Shown piece by piece: positions 39,631 to 53,150 of a stretch of DNA of 64,000 nt. The position numbers were made by a program, and so were the translations under genes. The stretch's first letter is position 1; each line of letters begins with the position of its first letter. The DNA is from Octopus sinensis. Taxonomy: Eukaryota. The stretch is from contig NC_043005.1 in NCBI RefSeq assembly GCF_006345805.1, forward strand, positions 42,160,001-42,224,000, read 5' to 3'. The notes under the pieces were generated by a model. It was not told where the DNA came from and did no database searches. It saw only the letters and a program-made list of their open reading frames with translations.

Positions 39631-41949
39631 TGCATAATGACATTTGCTGAGCAAATCTATTTATGCAAGCATGCATAAGTACACACGTCTCTATCTATTT
39701 TAAATTATGGAATTCAAATCATCGTAAAACACATCGGTTCTATATGTACGCACGAATATGAGGTAATACTGTTTGTATTATTTCGTACGAATTTATGAAA
39801 TAAAGTGTATACATTTATTTTTATGTATCCATGTAACGTATGCGTGTATATGTGTATTGTAAACATTTCATTTTCATCGTTTTTATACATATTTTTAACA
39901 AAGTTCAAAAAGAAATAATCGTATAAATGAAATCTATTGAGATTCAGTAAATATTTATTATATTAGTTACATAACTGATATCTCTGAGAGTTTTGTGTTG
40001 ATAAACTATGAATGGTGGATAGATAAGGCTCATAATTTTACTTATTGTGTTTGTTGAGAAGAAATTACTATCTAGGCATAACCTTCATCATAATATGGAG
40101 AACAGATACTGTTCACATTTAAGTACTTCTTTGTCACTTCTTGAAAGGCTTTCAAGAATATTAGATTACGAAACCGCTTTTACAAAATAATCATATATTT
40201 ATAAAAACAAACTATCAATTCATATGAACGTCTGTTATATATATTATATTTTACATTTCAAAACGAGGGGAAGAATTTATAATTCTAGTAAAATATATCC
40301 TTACGTAAGTGCATTTATTTAATCAATTCACTACTTCAGTGACAGTTTCATAAAATTTAATATAAGAATTACATTGTTTTTTCCAAACTTGAACATTCCA
40401 TAACTTTTCTTAGAAAATTGCATAGCTGTGTGGTTAAATAACAGCGAAACAACGCTGGAGTTTGTGAACTATACCTAAAACTTGCCTCAGTTATTTGCAA
40501 AGGAAATAATATTGCCTCGGAGTTTGTCTTAATTTCAAATGACCTTGTAATCAGGAAGGAAGCAAATCCCACATTTTAAAACTGCATCCTTAGTCCTTGA
40601 TAAATGGTCAAACATTTATTGATATAAACTTGTATCTACATACTTTTGTATTGCTTCTTTGTGTATGAATATGTATAATAAAAGTAATTAGGGAGATATA
40701 GTTACATAGCAAATGTTTTCATCTACGACCGCATATTGAAACATAGGCGATTGCAGCGTGGAAGATACAGGTTAATGCTTCAGAAACACTTGGAAAACAT
40801 TTAACTTCACTAAAGCATGTATTAGTAATATGTTCCCATAAACAGAGAGAAAAGAGAATGAAGATAATGAAGGAGGAATATATAAAAGACAACTAGATAC
40901 CAAAAACTGATAACTGACCAGCTATGAGCACCCAACCAGAACGACTGACCTATGCCAACAAAAACATAACCAACAACAAAAGAAACACCGCAAGCAATAT
41001 ATATCGCGATATAACCGAAAATGTTTAGATGCAGCATAATTTTTGCCAGTGACCAGGTTGCAGATTTCAGTGACGAAAAGTCTGACGCCATATTGGAAAG
41101 AAATGTTTAATTTTATATAAACAGGTTTTATATATCATATCAGTCAGTAGAGGACCGGTCGTAAGAAGCTTTCAATTTTCATATATGTGTGCTTGTGTGT
41201 ATTTGTGTGTACATGTGCGTGCATGAATGTACATGAATACGTGTACTTTTCTGGTGTAATTTACAGTTGTGTTTGTTAGCCATATATCAAAAGGAAAAAT
41301 ATAACAATAATTGTAGTAAATACAAAGAGAAGATTAGTAGGAATGGATGCTATATTTGTCCTAGCAATAAGAATAAAAATAACCTCAGTTAGACCCTAAA
41401 TGTATTAGAAAGACTAAACTGAAAGCAAACAAGAAAACTAATGGCTACATTTGTGATAAATTATCCAAAAGTTTATTGATAAACTTTGTACTTATCTCAA
41501 ATAGAAAGAAGTAGCAACCATTTGCAACTAGAAAATTATTATACGAATATTATCTACTGTTTGAATGCAAAAGTATCTAATAAAGAACAATGGAGAAATG
41601 TTTTGTCTGCAAAGAAGTCTATTCATACAAAATAGAGACTAAATAAACAAGCAGCTGTGAGGAGAAATGAGAAACAGCATGAGAAATTATGGAAAATTCA
41701 AAACTTAAATTAAAATGAAACTACACAAAGTCATCTTAAACCGATGGGGAAAATACCTTTTACTTTTCCGATACCTGTATGAAAAATGGCAAGTAAGGAA
41801 GTGGACAAAGAAAAATAGCAGCTCAAAATTAGTAGAGTAGAAAGCCAAAACAGGATTTTTTTTTTACTGTGGGGCTCAATTAGTTCTCACAACGAAGACT
41901 ACTAAAACCATCTATTGAAGCAAAACACATCAAATAACTGTTCACCCCT

Positions 41950-43200
41950 TCCTAACCATGCGTCAAGTATGGTTTCGGTGGAAATCCATAAATTCCTCTT
42001 TTGATATTAACTTCTGCTAAGAGTGTGACCTCTGAGTAGAGATCTACTTTCCTTTTCTTCATGCTAAAGCTAATTAATTCTCCTATGTTGTCTGCTATAC
42101 TGTGTGGGATCATATACTCAAACATCAGTGTGAGATCATGTCATAGGCTTTCCTATAATCTATATATGCTATTGTTAAGTTTTCTTTCTAACTTTTACTT
42201 CATTTAGAACTGCTTTGTCTATATGTGATAGATCATGCGTTCCTCTAGCCTTCTTCCTGCAACCTTTCTGTTTTCCTGGTAGTAAATTTTGGTTGTCAAG
42301 GTGCTCGTAAATGCTTCTTGAAAGCATTCCTGTTAAGAGCTTCCACACTAATGGTAAGCAAGTGTTTGGTCTTGTCCTTATTCTTCATAATAAGTCTTTT
42401 CCTCCTTCTAGATATCCAGTTAATGCAATCCTGAAATTGTTCCCTCAGCCTCCCATGTAAACTACTGCAGTTCTTTAACCAGTAACTTTGAACTAAATCT
42501 GGTTCTAGGCCCTTCCAATTTGGCATTTTTCATCACACTTTACTCATTAAAGCACTAGTTAATCTTGATCTCGCTTCTTCTCCTTCACTACTTCTCCCTC
42601 ACTTTCCTTAACCATACTGCAGCTCCATTATGATTGTATGGTTTATACCAAATATTACTCCAGAACATTCTAGCTTTCTTGCATTAGGTTTCTCATCTTC
42701 AGTACTTCGTTCTCCACTATTTATTTGGTTATACAATCTTGTTTGGTCTGTCTCAAATAATATTTTCTGTTGATACTGATCTGTTCATTTCTGATATCTA
42801 GAGAGCTTGCCTGCTACTGCTATAATACACTGTTTCAACTCCTCTTTTATAATCCCAAATCCTTTTTCTTTGACTAATTATCTTTCCTCGAGGCAAGATT
42901 TACGTCCTGTGTTTCCTAACTTGTTTGTTTTTCAGGCTTCTGTTCTACTCTGATCTGCTCTTAATGCCTTCACTTTATTTTGTAATCTCCTTTTCCACAT
43001 TTGCTCTATTATTATTATCATTAGTATTCTTATATCGTCATTGCCATCGCTATATGCCACTGTCACCCAGAATAGTATGTTTTCTGCTTGATATTGCAAA
43101 ATATAATAGTATTTTATCCTAAATCAGTTATTCTTGTTATTACTTGTTATTTATAGAATCAAAATTTAAGAATCGGTACAATCCCTTTGTGTTGTCCTTT
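41950..43200 (-). mobile_element. R4/Dong-clade LINE RT N-terminal fragment
   Basis: MPNWKGLEPDLVQSYWLK, LLPGKQKGCRK, IDKAVL, IAYIDYRKAYDMI. Confidence 0.85.
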
Positions 43201-44254
43201 CATTAATTTTAGCACTCTTTCCAGATTTTGGTTTCTTTGTATTTCAGTGAAAATTTCACCAAGGAATAAGAATCCTTAGAAACGTTTGGATTGTGTACTA
43301 AGTATAATCTCTTAATAAATACTGTTTGATACATGAAATATACGTATTTCTTATGAGGCGGACTAGGCTATCTAAAGTGCATATCATTCTTTCTCACTGT
43401 TGTGACGGAAACTTTTACTCGCGTACACTTTGCCTATCATCTCTTCTTGAGGATAATGAATATGCTTTCATACACTAGAATCACATTGGAACTTGGCCTA
43501 GTGAAAACGAAGTCATTATTTATGTGTTACATCTATTAACCTGGTTCGGCCTTGGCGATTAGGTAAATCACTGTACACTTAACTATAGTAGCATCGTTTG
43601 GCAATGTGCCCAGGGAGAATATTTGTAAAGAATATCATGCAAATAAGCTATATAAATTACTGGTCCGAAGAAAAGCAATGGAATACTGTGAGTAAAATTC
43701 TTGAAACATTTACTGACAAGCTTATCTCACCTCTTAGGAACTCGCTAATTCATATAACCAATTTACATTAATTAGAAACATGTAAAATGCTGAGTGTTGT
43801 TCACTGTTGAATAGCTGGAGGAAAAGGTGGTTTTCTTAACCTTACTAGCTGTAATGTAATATCTCAGTATTCTCTCGGTGCACTTAGCCACAGTATAATA
43901 TATATTTATCACTTCCGCTTTAAAGGCGTACAGATTTCAGATTCACGGGTATAGAATCACTTTTGTCCAAGCTAGTAGTTGATAAATCGACTTATGAACT
44001 GTTAATTACACAAATTAAGACTGACAGCTTAAATATGACTAGCAAAAATAATGTGTTGCTGATCAACAATGCAAGTCAGTTTGAAGCAAACATTTAGATT
44101 TACGATAAAACTGCTTTGCATTTGTTTATGACATTCTGTATGTTAAGGACGTACCCTTTCAAATAACCTCTTGCATACTAATTTTAAAACGTTTGGCTGA
44201 ACGTTTTAGAATTCAATTAACGCAAACGATATTATAAACTATCATTATATTTAA

Positions 44255-44607
44255 AGGCGAAAGCTACCAGACACACTAGAGTGTCGGAAAAAACGTCAAG
44301 TAGTAGTTAGTTAATTCCCTTTTCAATTGACATTCAAATCCCACCGGACGAGACTTTCTCTGTCATATTTCTGATGTCGAGAATGTAAGAAACAGTTAAT
44401 TAAACCGTCTATTTCTCCCTTCAGATTTTGTAATTTTATTTCAATTTTAGAAATCATTATTTACCTCTGAAGTCAACTTTGCCTTTCATCCTTCCGGGGT
44501 CAATAAAATAAACACTAATTGAGAAATGGGGAAGATGTAAGTGACTAGCCCCACCCACAAAACTTTCAGCCCTTTTGCCTATAGTAGGAATTCTTACTAA
44601 TATTATC
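44255..44607 (+). mobile_element. two tandem degenerate Meta-domain-like SINEs
   Basis: A decayed copy at about 44255-44455, then GTCAACTTTGCCTTTCATCCTTCCGGGGTCAATAAAATA...TTTCAGCCCTTTTGCCTATAGTAGG. Confidence 0.7.
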
Positions 44608-44839
44608 TGTTTCTTTGTTACCCACAAGGGGCTAAACATAGAGGGAACAAACAAGGACAGACAAACGGATTAAGTCGATCACATCGACCCCAGTGCGTAA
44701 CTGGTACTTATTTAATTGACCTCGAAAGGATGAAAGGCAAAGTCGACCTCGGAGGAATTTGAACTCAGAACGTAACGGCAGACGAAATACGACTACGCAT
44801 TTCGCCCGGCGTGCTAACGGTTCTGCCAGCTCGCCGCCT
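44608..44839 (-). mobile_element. full-length SINE with 23-bp TSD
   Basis: Near-identical to 1033-1265. Flanked by TAGGAATTCTTA(C/T)TAATATTATC at 44585-44607 and 44840-44862. Confidence 0.92.
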
Positions 44840-44872
44840 TAGGAATTCTTATTAATATTATCGCCAAGTAAA

Positions 44873-45078
44873 AGGTGGCGAGCTGGGAGAATTGGTGGCC
44901 CGCCGGGCATAATGCTTAGGGACATTTCCTCCGTCTTTACGTTCTATGTTCAAATTCCGCCGACGTCGTCTAAGCCTTTCGGAGTCGATAAGTACCAATC
45001 GAGCACTGGATACGACGTAATCGATTTACTCCTCCCCTACCCTGCTGGCCTTGTGCAAAAATTTGAAACCGACATTAT
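44873..45078 (+). mobile_element. SINE, Meta-domain-like family, alternative tail
   Basis: AGGTGGCGAGCTGG head, GTTCAAATTCCGCCG and tail GCTGGCCTTGTGCAAAAATTTGAAACC. Confidence 0.85.
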
Positions 45079-45099
45079 TTCCAAGTTACTTTAGTAGTA

Positions 45100-46100
45100 A
45101 AGACGATTTGTAGGGACAAACCTTACCTTCCAGTTTTATTCACATTATTTTCGCAGAATTTTAATTTGTTGAATCTTCTCTCAAGGCTTCCTGATTGTCA
45201 GCTTTCACCTCACATGTCGTAAGCAGAGTTGGAGTTCTTTACTGACAAGTAATTCTGTTACCTGCGCATATTGAATATAACTTTGGTAGTTTTCCATGCT
45301 TTACAGTTGATTCTAATAATTCTTCTCTTTCTTTTGTTGTTGTTAAGAGCATCTTCCTTCATCCAATGTCAGTTAATTTGCGATATTTTCTTCTTTTCGC
45401 CTCCAGTTGCCGTGTCTATTGTAACTTATCACATTCAAGCTGTAGATTAATGCCAGAACTTCTAAAGTATATTTGGGTTCCATTTATTATTTTAAATTAA
45501 GTTGATTCTTCAGGAGCATCATATTCAGTCCAGGTATAGTTTTCTATATAGAATAGTTTTCTTATTTTGTTAACTTGTATTTGTTGGGTTCCACTAATCC
45601 CCAGACATCTATGCATCTTTTAATGTTTCTAAATATGTCACTGCATGGTTGATTTTATTATCAGTGTTTACTGTTTAATCAATTTCTTACATTAAAAGTG
45701 TGTCTAGTATATATATATGCAATAAACAAAATCGTTACTGATATCGAAGCTATCAAGTATTACAATTTAGAAAATATTTTTTAAACTGTATCTTTGAGCT
45801 GTATCTCTCTTTGATGTTTCCCATGTTGAGCAAATGACTGATCTTGGTACCACAAATCTCATTGCCACTTCCTGGGTGGATTCATGCTAAATTTAATGGA
45901 GCACGAGCCAAGCAGAATAGCAGCAATGGGGCTTACATTTTCTTGAAGTATTCCATTTGTAATATAAAGATATTTGTTTTTAAGATACTTTCTGTGTTGG
46001 ATATTTGAGTAGCATCCAAGTTTTATGCACTTATAACCCCATAGAGATAATATATACAACTCACTTGATTCAGGGGTCAATAACTGTGATGCATGTATTT
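45100..46100 (-). mobile_element. very degenerate R4/Dong RT fragment
   Basis: NGILQENVSP / LFCLARAPL (cf. GIFQGDSLSPLLFCLAL.PL). It may extend to about 46900. Confidence 0.5.
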
Positions 46101-47665
46101 AAGCGTTTTTATAACCTACTCAGTAGATATTTTTTTCTTTTTTGTTCCTCTCATTTTCACAGCAACTATTCCCGTATAAACTGGGCTTCTGATTTTGGTA
46201 AAAATTATTCTATCAATGTTTGTATGTGTGTATTTGTACAGGGAAAATATTTACAAATTTTATCTGTAAATTTTTAAATTTATATATTCCCTGCAACATC
46301 TATTTTTTGCTTTTGTTTGTTTCTCATATCTTGCATCTTCTGTACTACCAGTTTCTTTTTTCGCGATATTCTAGTTTTCTTTGTTCTTTCGATTTCATGT
46401 TACATGTAATTTATTTTCTTCCTTTGTCAACAATTTTGTATTTCTATATTAGATCTTAAACATATATCGATAACGTTGTTGAACGGTAAATGCTGAACGT
46501 TGAATGTTGATTACTGCATTTCTAGTATTCGTTCTGAGGTTTGTTTTGTTAATTTCTCAGTGTTTTCTCTTCCAAAAGAATTAGTCACTTTATACGCTGT
46601 AGCATTTGTTTCCCAATTTATACCTATACTATTTGCTGTATAATTATTTTTACTACACATGCATGCACAATAAGTTTGTTTAGAACTAATTTTGTCGGTC
46701 GGTTTAATTAGCTGCTTCCTACTGTATTTTCTAAGAGATTTGCGTTAGATATTTTTATGCATATTATTACTTTACAGAGCAAGGTTCGATATTTGTTCTT
46801 TACTTTTTATTACATCAATCATGATATGTTGTTGAGGATAAGAATTGCTCTTCTTCCTATCTAACCTATAAAAAAATCCCATGATTATATAATGCGTCTG
46901 TACCGTATATATGCCGTATATTTGTTCCTGTGCACTTGTATTAAAAAAAGAGTAGTTGGCAGAATCCAAAGAGTACTAGACAAACTGATTGGCAGTAGTT
47001 ACGAATTTTTACATTCCGGGTTTTAATTTGTCCTTCGTGTTTTTTGGAGCCAATAAATTAAACTTTGGTTGAATATTGGTGCCGATTTACTCAATTACAC
47101 CTCCTACACACAAAATTAAACTTTCTTTTTCAATTATGCCAAAATGTAAAATCGATATTATTTGTATTACTGTTTCGTCTTTGATATTTTATTTCAGAGA
47201 AAATGCCATTCAGATATTTTTAAAATTCCCCTTCTTACTTTCGGCTGTTTATAAATCATATATTCTTTTCAAAAATAATTTCGACTAAATATTAGTTGAG
47301 TTAGTACTTAGAGATTTTTCTCAATAGCGCAGGGTTGCAATGCTGTACACTTTTGATTTGTTTCTAAATCCGTTCGTATAAGATTTTTTTTTTTTTTTTG
47401 TAAATATATTTTGATACGAAAGAATAAGTTTTGTATCGTTTTTATCATTGCTATATATTTTTTGCTGCTCTCAACTATTCTTGTTTCATATACTATGTGC
47501 TAAATAACAACTACATAGGTTTTGGTTCTTGAAAATTTTCTCTTGTTAATGCTTAGTTTTATGCTATCATCATCGTCGTCGTCGCATCATGATCGTCATC
47601 CTCATTGCTGTCGTCCACGTCGTTGCTTTGTTGTTACTGTTGTTGTTTTTCTTCTTCTTCTTCTT

Positions 47666-47739
<74 letters not shown>

Positions 47740-47741
<2 letters not shown>

Positions 47742-48803
47742 TATACACACAGCATATTAGACTTTTGGAAAAGAAAAATTCCCAAAATTGCTACTATCTA
47801 CTCAGAACTTGGTGTAATTTGTTGTCAGAGCTTGATTCTGGGCGCTGCATATCTATGGCTCAGTGCATGATTTCATATCACTTTTTCTTAGGTATCCAAG
47901 TGTTGATCTTGTCTTTTCCTTTGATTTCTTTGAGGTATAGCCAATGCAGTGGTTTCATTTTGCTGCTTTTTACTCTTTCCTCATCTTGTTTCTTAAATGT
48001 TTGTGGGCACATCACATTTTTAGTAGGTATTATATTGTTAATTTTAACAGCAGCAAGCAAGGGTTCATTCTGCTGTTTGATGTACCATCCCAGACTGTTC
48101 TTCTGATTGACAACACAGATCTTGCATCCTATGAGACCTCTTCCAACCCTGTGTCTAGGTACATACAGTCTGTCAGTATCACTTTTGAGGTGTAGTTCCT
48201 TGTTAATTGTCATCACTTTTCTAGTTTTCCTGTCCATTTCCTCAAGCTCGTTCTTTGTCCACCTAACAACACCTGTGCCATATCGCATTAAGGAAACAGC
48301 CCATATGTTCATTACCCTGATTTTGTTTTTTCCATTGAGTTTATTTCCTATAATTATCTTGGTTTTCTAAGATATTCTCGCCTAAAACTTTCTTTCATTT
48401 CACTTTCCTTGATTTTGTCGTATTCCAAAATCCCCAGATATTTATATTAATTAGTCTCAATATCATTGATTTTCTCGCCGTTGGGTAGCTCTACACCATC
48501 AGACGACACTACTTTGCCTCTTGTTATTATCAGCATACCACACTTTTTACTTCCAAATCCCATTCCGATATCTTTACTGAATATCTGCACTGTTGAAACT
48601 AGGCCATTTATTTCACTTTCGTTCTTTCCAAAAATCTTTAAGTCAGCCATATTTAACAGATGATTTAATTTCCCTCCATTTTTCAAGATGTACCACGATG
48701 TCACTTTCCGTAGTATCCGTGTGAGAGGTACCATACAAATCACACAAACAGCAATGGTGACAGTCTATCTCCTTGAAATATGCCTCTCTTGATGTTTACT
48801 ATT
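47740..48803 (-). mobile_element. R4/Dong-clade LINE RT fragment bounded by (TTA)n
   Basis: GIFQGDRLSPLL, NHLLNMADLKIF, GMGFGSKKC, KYLG, EMDRKTRK, KSDTDRLYVPR..GRGL. Confidence 0.92.
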
Positions 48804-48865
48804 ATCATAAAAAATAATAATAATCAATAAAAAAGATAAAATAAATCATTCTTCTATTTCTTCTT

Positions 48866-48973
48866 CTTTTTTTTCTTCTTCTTCTTCTTCTTCTTCTTCT
48901 TCTTCTTCTTCTTCTTCTTCTTCTTCTTCTTCTTCTTCTTCTAATTATATCATTATTATTATTATTATTATTA

Positions 48974-49020
<47 letters not shown>
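48866..49020. repeat. (TTC)n(TTA)n microsatellite
   Basis: Visible runs; source of the poly-R/poly-N ORF. Confidence 0.95.
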
Positions 49021-49023
<3 letters not shown>

Positions 49024-52000
49024 TGCTCTTATTTTTATCACGTGCTTTCACTACATTACCAAGCGTGTGGTATGTGCTGTGGTTTGTTGTGATGCTCTGA
49101 TGGTTACTGTATTGAAAGTATTTTACATAGGATGTGTGCGGTGCCTAGTAGTGCTATTTTCTGTATATTATATATACGTGTTAGTCCTGGTGTTTTTGCT
49201 ATGTATTTGTCTGAATTTTTTTATCACACCTAATGCGCCTACTATGATAGGAATTGTTTCTGCTTTTAGACTCCACATTCGAGTTACCTCTATTTTCGGA
49301 TCTTTTTATTTTGAAAGTGTCTCCATTTCTTTTAGAGAAACATTGTCATCGATTGGTATTGATACATCAATTTGAAAGCATTATTTTTCTCGGTGATCTC
49401 TGACAACTATATCTGGTCTGTTGGCCTTAATTTCTCTATCTGTGTGTATTAGCATATCCCAGAGTATGATAGCTTTCTCATTTTCTTTTACCTTTTCTGG
49501 CGTGTGCCAATACCATTTTTTTCAGTTGTTATTCTAGTGTTGGTACGGCTTCCAGTGTATGTAGGTCCCTACTCTGTCGTGTTTGTGAATATATTCCATC
49601 TTAGCCAGGACTGAGCAGCCAGAGACAATATGATTTATTGCTTCTTGTCCATCTCCACATATTCTGCAGTTACTTGTATTTCTTTTTGTTACAGGTTTTT
49701 CGTAATTTCTGGTGAGAAGGCTTTGATCGTGTGCTGCAATTAAAAATCCTTCATTCTCTGCTTTGAGTCCTAAGCTTGTTGGGATTTTGCTTCATCTATT
49801 TCTTTTCTGTTTAGTTTAACCCAACATTTGCCATGAACAAGCTTCTCTTGCCAGCGTTTTATTATGATCCGTTGCTATTTCAGTTTTAGTTTGGATTTCA
49901 GTTGTTTTACATCTTTCGTTGTTTCTTCTTTTTCTTCATAGATGTTAGGTACTATGACTTCTTTTTGGTATTTGTCAGCTTCCTTAAAAACTGAAAACAG
50001 TTTTTTTTTTTGTTTTGTTCGTGTTTCGTGACTATTTGTATTATTTTTCCTTGCTTCAGAATTAGGTATTCCTGTAATCCTATGTTCGTTATTTTATAAT
50101 AGTTTTCTAACTGTATAAGGCTTCTACCACTTTCGATACGTTGTATATATAGCCTTTCTATGCCAGATTTTGGGTGGTGCATCATAAATCCTGTCATTAT
50201 TTTTCCTGTTTTCCTGTCCATTTTGATTAGTTCATTTACAATCCAGTTAAGAACATTGTAGTTGTAACTTATAACTGGAACGGCTAGACTGTTGACACCT
50301 GTTATCTTGTTTTTCGCATTGAGCTCTGCTTTCAGTATTAATCTAACTCGTCTATAGTATTCTTTTCTTATCTTCTTTTTCATTTGTGCGTGTTGTATCG
50401 TATCTAGTTCATTGATTACCAAGTATTTGTTCGTCTGGCTTTGGTCTAATTCTTTTATTCCATTTGCTTTATCTAGTGTGATGTTGCTACTCATAACTAG
50501 TATTCCTCGTTTCAAGGTTGCTTTGGCACATTTCATGTTTATTTCTTTGGTAAATACATGTACTGTCTGTAGTAATGTTTCCAGCTGTTTATCATTTGCA
50601 GTGTATAGTTTTAGATCATCTATATATAAGAGGTTTGATTGTTTTGTCGTAACAGTCGTATCCACATCTTGTTGTGATTAGCACTTAAGATAAAGGTATC
50701 AATGCCAAACAGAAAAGGAGTAAAGAAAGCTTATCTCCCTGGAATATTCCTCTTCTAATGGGGATGGCTTTGTTTTTTATGAGTCCCTCTTTTGTCCCTC
50801 TTTTGTCTGGAGCTGTAGCATTATCTGCCATATATTTATAGAATGTTTTATATATTTTGTGATTATCATTGCTACCTTGTTCATGGCTAGTGTTTCTAGG
50901 ATCCATGTGTAGGGAATGTTATCAAAAGCCTTTCGGTAATCGACCCAGGCATACTTAGACCCTTCTTGTTCCTGCAGATGTCTTCAGTTATGGCTTTATC
51001 GATTTGTAGCTGTGATATTTACAGCCGTATGAGCCCTTTCAGCATCCTCCTACTCTTCTGGAAACAGGTTGTATTCTTCCAAATGTTTGATCATTCTCTG
51101 CGATTTCATTGCAGTAAAGGATTTGTAAATTGTAGGCAGACAAGTTATCGGTCTGCAATTTTGTGGGTTTGCCCTTTCAGTGGACTTGGGAATTAGGATA
51201 ATTTTCCCTTCCGTGAGACATTCAGGCATTGTTTCTGGTTCTACTAGTATTTCATTAAACTTCTCAGCCAGATTTTTGTATTTTTACCTATTGGGTATTT
51301 TAACCGGCAGTTGGGGATCTTCTTGTGCCCGGGTGTCTCCCAGTTGTTTAGATTTTGCAGTGACTAGTTGACCTCTTCAGTTGTTATAGGGGTCCAGAGT
51401 GGTTCAGGTGCTGTATTCGTTGTTTTGATAGACCATTTCTGAGGTTGTTCCTTCACCGACCATATTTCTTTCCAAAATTCTTCCACTTCTGCTATTGGTG
51501 CTGCATTGATCTCTATTTTATTTTTGCCAAGCCCTTGGTAGAATCTTTTGATGTTGGAGTTGAATTGTTTGTTTTGTTCAAAGAAGCGTTGGCGTTTCTC
51601 ATACCGGCGGATTGTTTGTACTTTGGCGAGGATGTCTTGCTTTAGCTGTTCTTTTACCTCAGGTGTACCTTGTTCAGTAATTTTGTATTTACGTAGTTTT
51701 TTTCTGTTCTTGTTGCTTAGTAGTGTAAATTGTCTACTAGATTCGTTAATGATTGACAGATACTTTCTCTTATTTTCAATTGTGTTATATTACTTATCCA
51801 CAAGGTTTGTTTGGGTCGTGATGCTCCTGTTTGGATGGATTTCAGGGGGAGTTCGGCTTCTTTTGTGGCCTCGAGGGCTTCTGCATATATTATATCATTT
51901 AACCTGATCATATTGACATTTGTTTCTGTGGCTATTAGTTCTGTGACGGCCAGATTCATGCTATTTATTATCGATGTTATTTTATAATATATTTTAATTT

Positions 52001-52811
52001 TTTGGGAGGTATAATCGGTGGTCCATACTGAGATCTGTGGTTTTCAATTCTTTGATTATGCTCATTTTTATAGTCATTTTATAATCATTAGTTTTACCTT
52101 CACTGTTTCCAAGTTTTAGATTTGCTTAGTATCCCACTCCTGTTCATATTTTTATCTGTGGCGTTCTGGTTTTGTAAATTTTGTTTATCATTATACATTC
52201 CAACGGTCTGGGTTTGTTATATTTTGTTGTTTACTTCGTTTTTGTTGGACATGTTACTTTTGTTTTCGTATTTTACAGACCCATTGCTTATGATATTATA
52301 TGGCATTGCTGTGTGGTTACTGATGTAGTTTTCGTTTTAAGTGTTCTATTTCTATTTCTGATGTTTGTGTTTTGAGAATATATCTCTGTATGTTAGCTCG
52401 TTTATTAAGGTTCCTTACTGTGTCCAGATCTTTATCTAAGTTATTTTCTTCCAGATTTTATATGTATATGTTGTGTTTTCATTCAGTATGGAGAGTACTG
52501 AATTTTTTATTATATTTGCTGGACATGAGGAATAAGGTCCGACCCTTTATTTTGATGGTCATCATTTTATATAGGGTACTGGTCCGTTCATTTCTGATGT
52601 CAAATGGTTTTTCACCTGTGGTTTTTCGTATTTTTGTTGAACAGGTTTAAAGTACATACTTCCCGTAGTTATCCCTGGGTTGAATAATACAGGTATTATT
52701 TAATTTATTTTTCTTTTTTTTATGTGCATGGTGGTTGGAGGTGGAAATGGTCTGATGTTGATCGGATCGTAATGTGGCGAGCGTGTTTACACATTTTGCG
52801 CGAGTGATGGA
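49021..52811 (-). mobile_element. R4/Dong-clade LINE, near full length (~3.8 kb), inactivated
   Basis: N-terminal low-complexity region, AWVDYRKAFD, RRGIFQGDKLS, YIDDLKLY, KYL, EYYRRVRLIL, HHPKSGIERLY, IAAHDQSL, CRICG...HIVSGC (CCHC), ILWD...NRPDIVV (RLE), PIIVGALG, then a 3' UTR and (AAT)n. Trinucleotide repeats lie on both sides. Confidence 0.92.
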
Positions 52812-52851
52812 GATGATGATGATGATGATGATGATGATAATAATAATAATA

Positions 52852-52890
<39 letters not shown>

Positions 52891-52902
52891 TTATTATTAT
52901 TA

Positions 52903-52950
<48 letters not shown>
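52812..52950. repeat. (GAT)n(TAA)n(TTA)n microsatellite
   Basis: Visible runs, with an orientation flip TAA to TTA at about 52890. Confidence 0.95.
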
Positions 52951-52951
<1 letters not shown>

Positions 52952-52952
<1 letters not shown>

Positions 52953-53150
52953 AAAGACTCTCGAATACTTCTTAATTATCGGTTATTCTTTACTTAGAAG
53001 CAGTCAACAACAAATCACCAAAGGTTTCAAGTAGTGCCTTCCCCTGTGACTCAAAGAGACAATACTCTCCATAGAATGCGAGCTGTACCCAACAATGCTG
53101 TGTTCTGGAACACCTCGAGCCTGACAGCAGCTCCAATATTCTTAATATGT
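52952..53150 (-). mobile_element. R4/Dong 3'-end fragment
   Basis: LEVFQNTALLGTARILWRVLSL* then a 3' UTR running into (TAA)n. Confidence 0.8.

Noticed and set aside
47522-48370. Hydrophobic plus-strand ORFs (194 aa and others)
   Set aside because: Microsatellite plus antisense of an A-rich Dong coding strand.
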